Source of the DNA: Octopus sinensis | Lineage: Eukaryota | Assembly (NCBI RefSeq): GCF_006345805.1 | Contig: NC_043003.1 | Span: 84,754,001-84,818,000, forward strand | DNA length: 64,000 nucleotides | Reading direction: 5' to 3' | Part shown: in pieces, positions 63,506-64,000 of the stretch | How the letters are laid out: each line of letters begins with the position of its first letter | Position numbering within the stretch: position 1 is the first letter of the stretch | The notes under the pieces: generated by a model | The model's input: only the letters and a program-made list of their open reading frames with translations | Databases searched by the model: none | What the model was told of the DNA's origin: nothing | Made by a program: the position numbers and the translations under genes

Positions 63506-64000
63506 ACACACATACATACATACATGTATGTGTGAAGAAGATGATGGAAAAAGTTGTAATACTGCTAGCGGTATTCGAACGCTTTGTCAGTTGCACACAG
63601 GATAGTAGTGGTTATCACTGCACCAAAGCATACTACAAACCTATTGACCCCGTATATTTGCACACTTAAATCAAGTAGCTACAATGACATTCTTCGCTAT
63701 ATTAGCTGTAGTTGTTTCTGCAAGTGAAAAAATAATGCTTATCCTATTTTATTCTGGTCAGAAATGGGATTGTTTAAGTTTTCACTTCCTTCCTGCTTCA
63801 AGTCCTTCTTCTTCATGAAGTTGAAGAAATAGGATCATATAAACACTGAGCATGCACTGGAACAATCTTAATGTACTGTCAGAAGCATAGCAAGTGGTGA
63901 CCGAGAAGGTGAATCAACCGTTTCCGGGTCTGGTGTGAAGGATGCAAAGTTTTCTGTGACCCATTATACCTATTTTCCATCTGCAACCTTTCTCTCACTC

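Noticed and set aside
62849-63669. Longest ORFs in the track (200-247 aa YIYI/CVCV), plus similar ones throughout
   Set aside because: Translations of stop-free TA/TG/CA microsatellites.
63560-64000. Non-repetitive sequence at the window end (possible exon 15 or TE)
   Set aside because: No phase-2 acceptor followed by N..C.W.I, and no recognisable TE motif.

Overview
AT-rich, microsatellite-dense animal genomic DNA. The SINE and microsatellite landscape looks like an octopus/coleoid cephalopod genome, which is an inference from repeat recognition and is not verified. One + strand protein-coding gene spans the window and is largely missed by the ORF track because its exons are small. I assembled 14 coding exons (2502-58986, 1631 nt, all GT-AG, frame continuous). 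They encode a signal peptide followed directly by four complete CUB domains and the start of a fifth, and the gene continues past the window end. Each CUB is encoded by the same 3-exon module with an invariant 125-bp middle exon. The introns are packed with decayed mobile elements: tRNA-derived SINEs, CR1-group, RTE and R4/Dong LINEs, Penelope-like elements, Tc1/mariner/maT, Chapaev-3-like, hAT, Helitron-like and palindromic MITEs. The most striking unannotated signal is a set of hammerhead-ribozyme motifs. These comprise (i) a ~305-310-bp tandem/terminally redundant repeat carrying a type I hammerhead (candidate non-LTR retrozyme/circRNA family; 46931-47490, 56751-57075) and (ii) several distinct minimal hammerheads in Penelope-type terminal repeats, including long-stem-II and U3-A8 core variants. 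All folds and alignments were done by eye, and TE boundaries are approximate.
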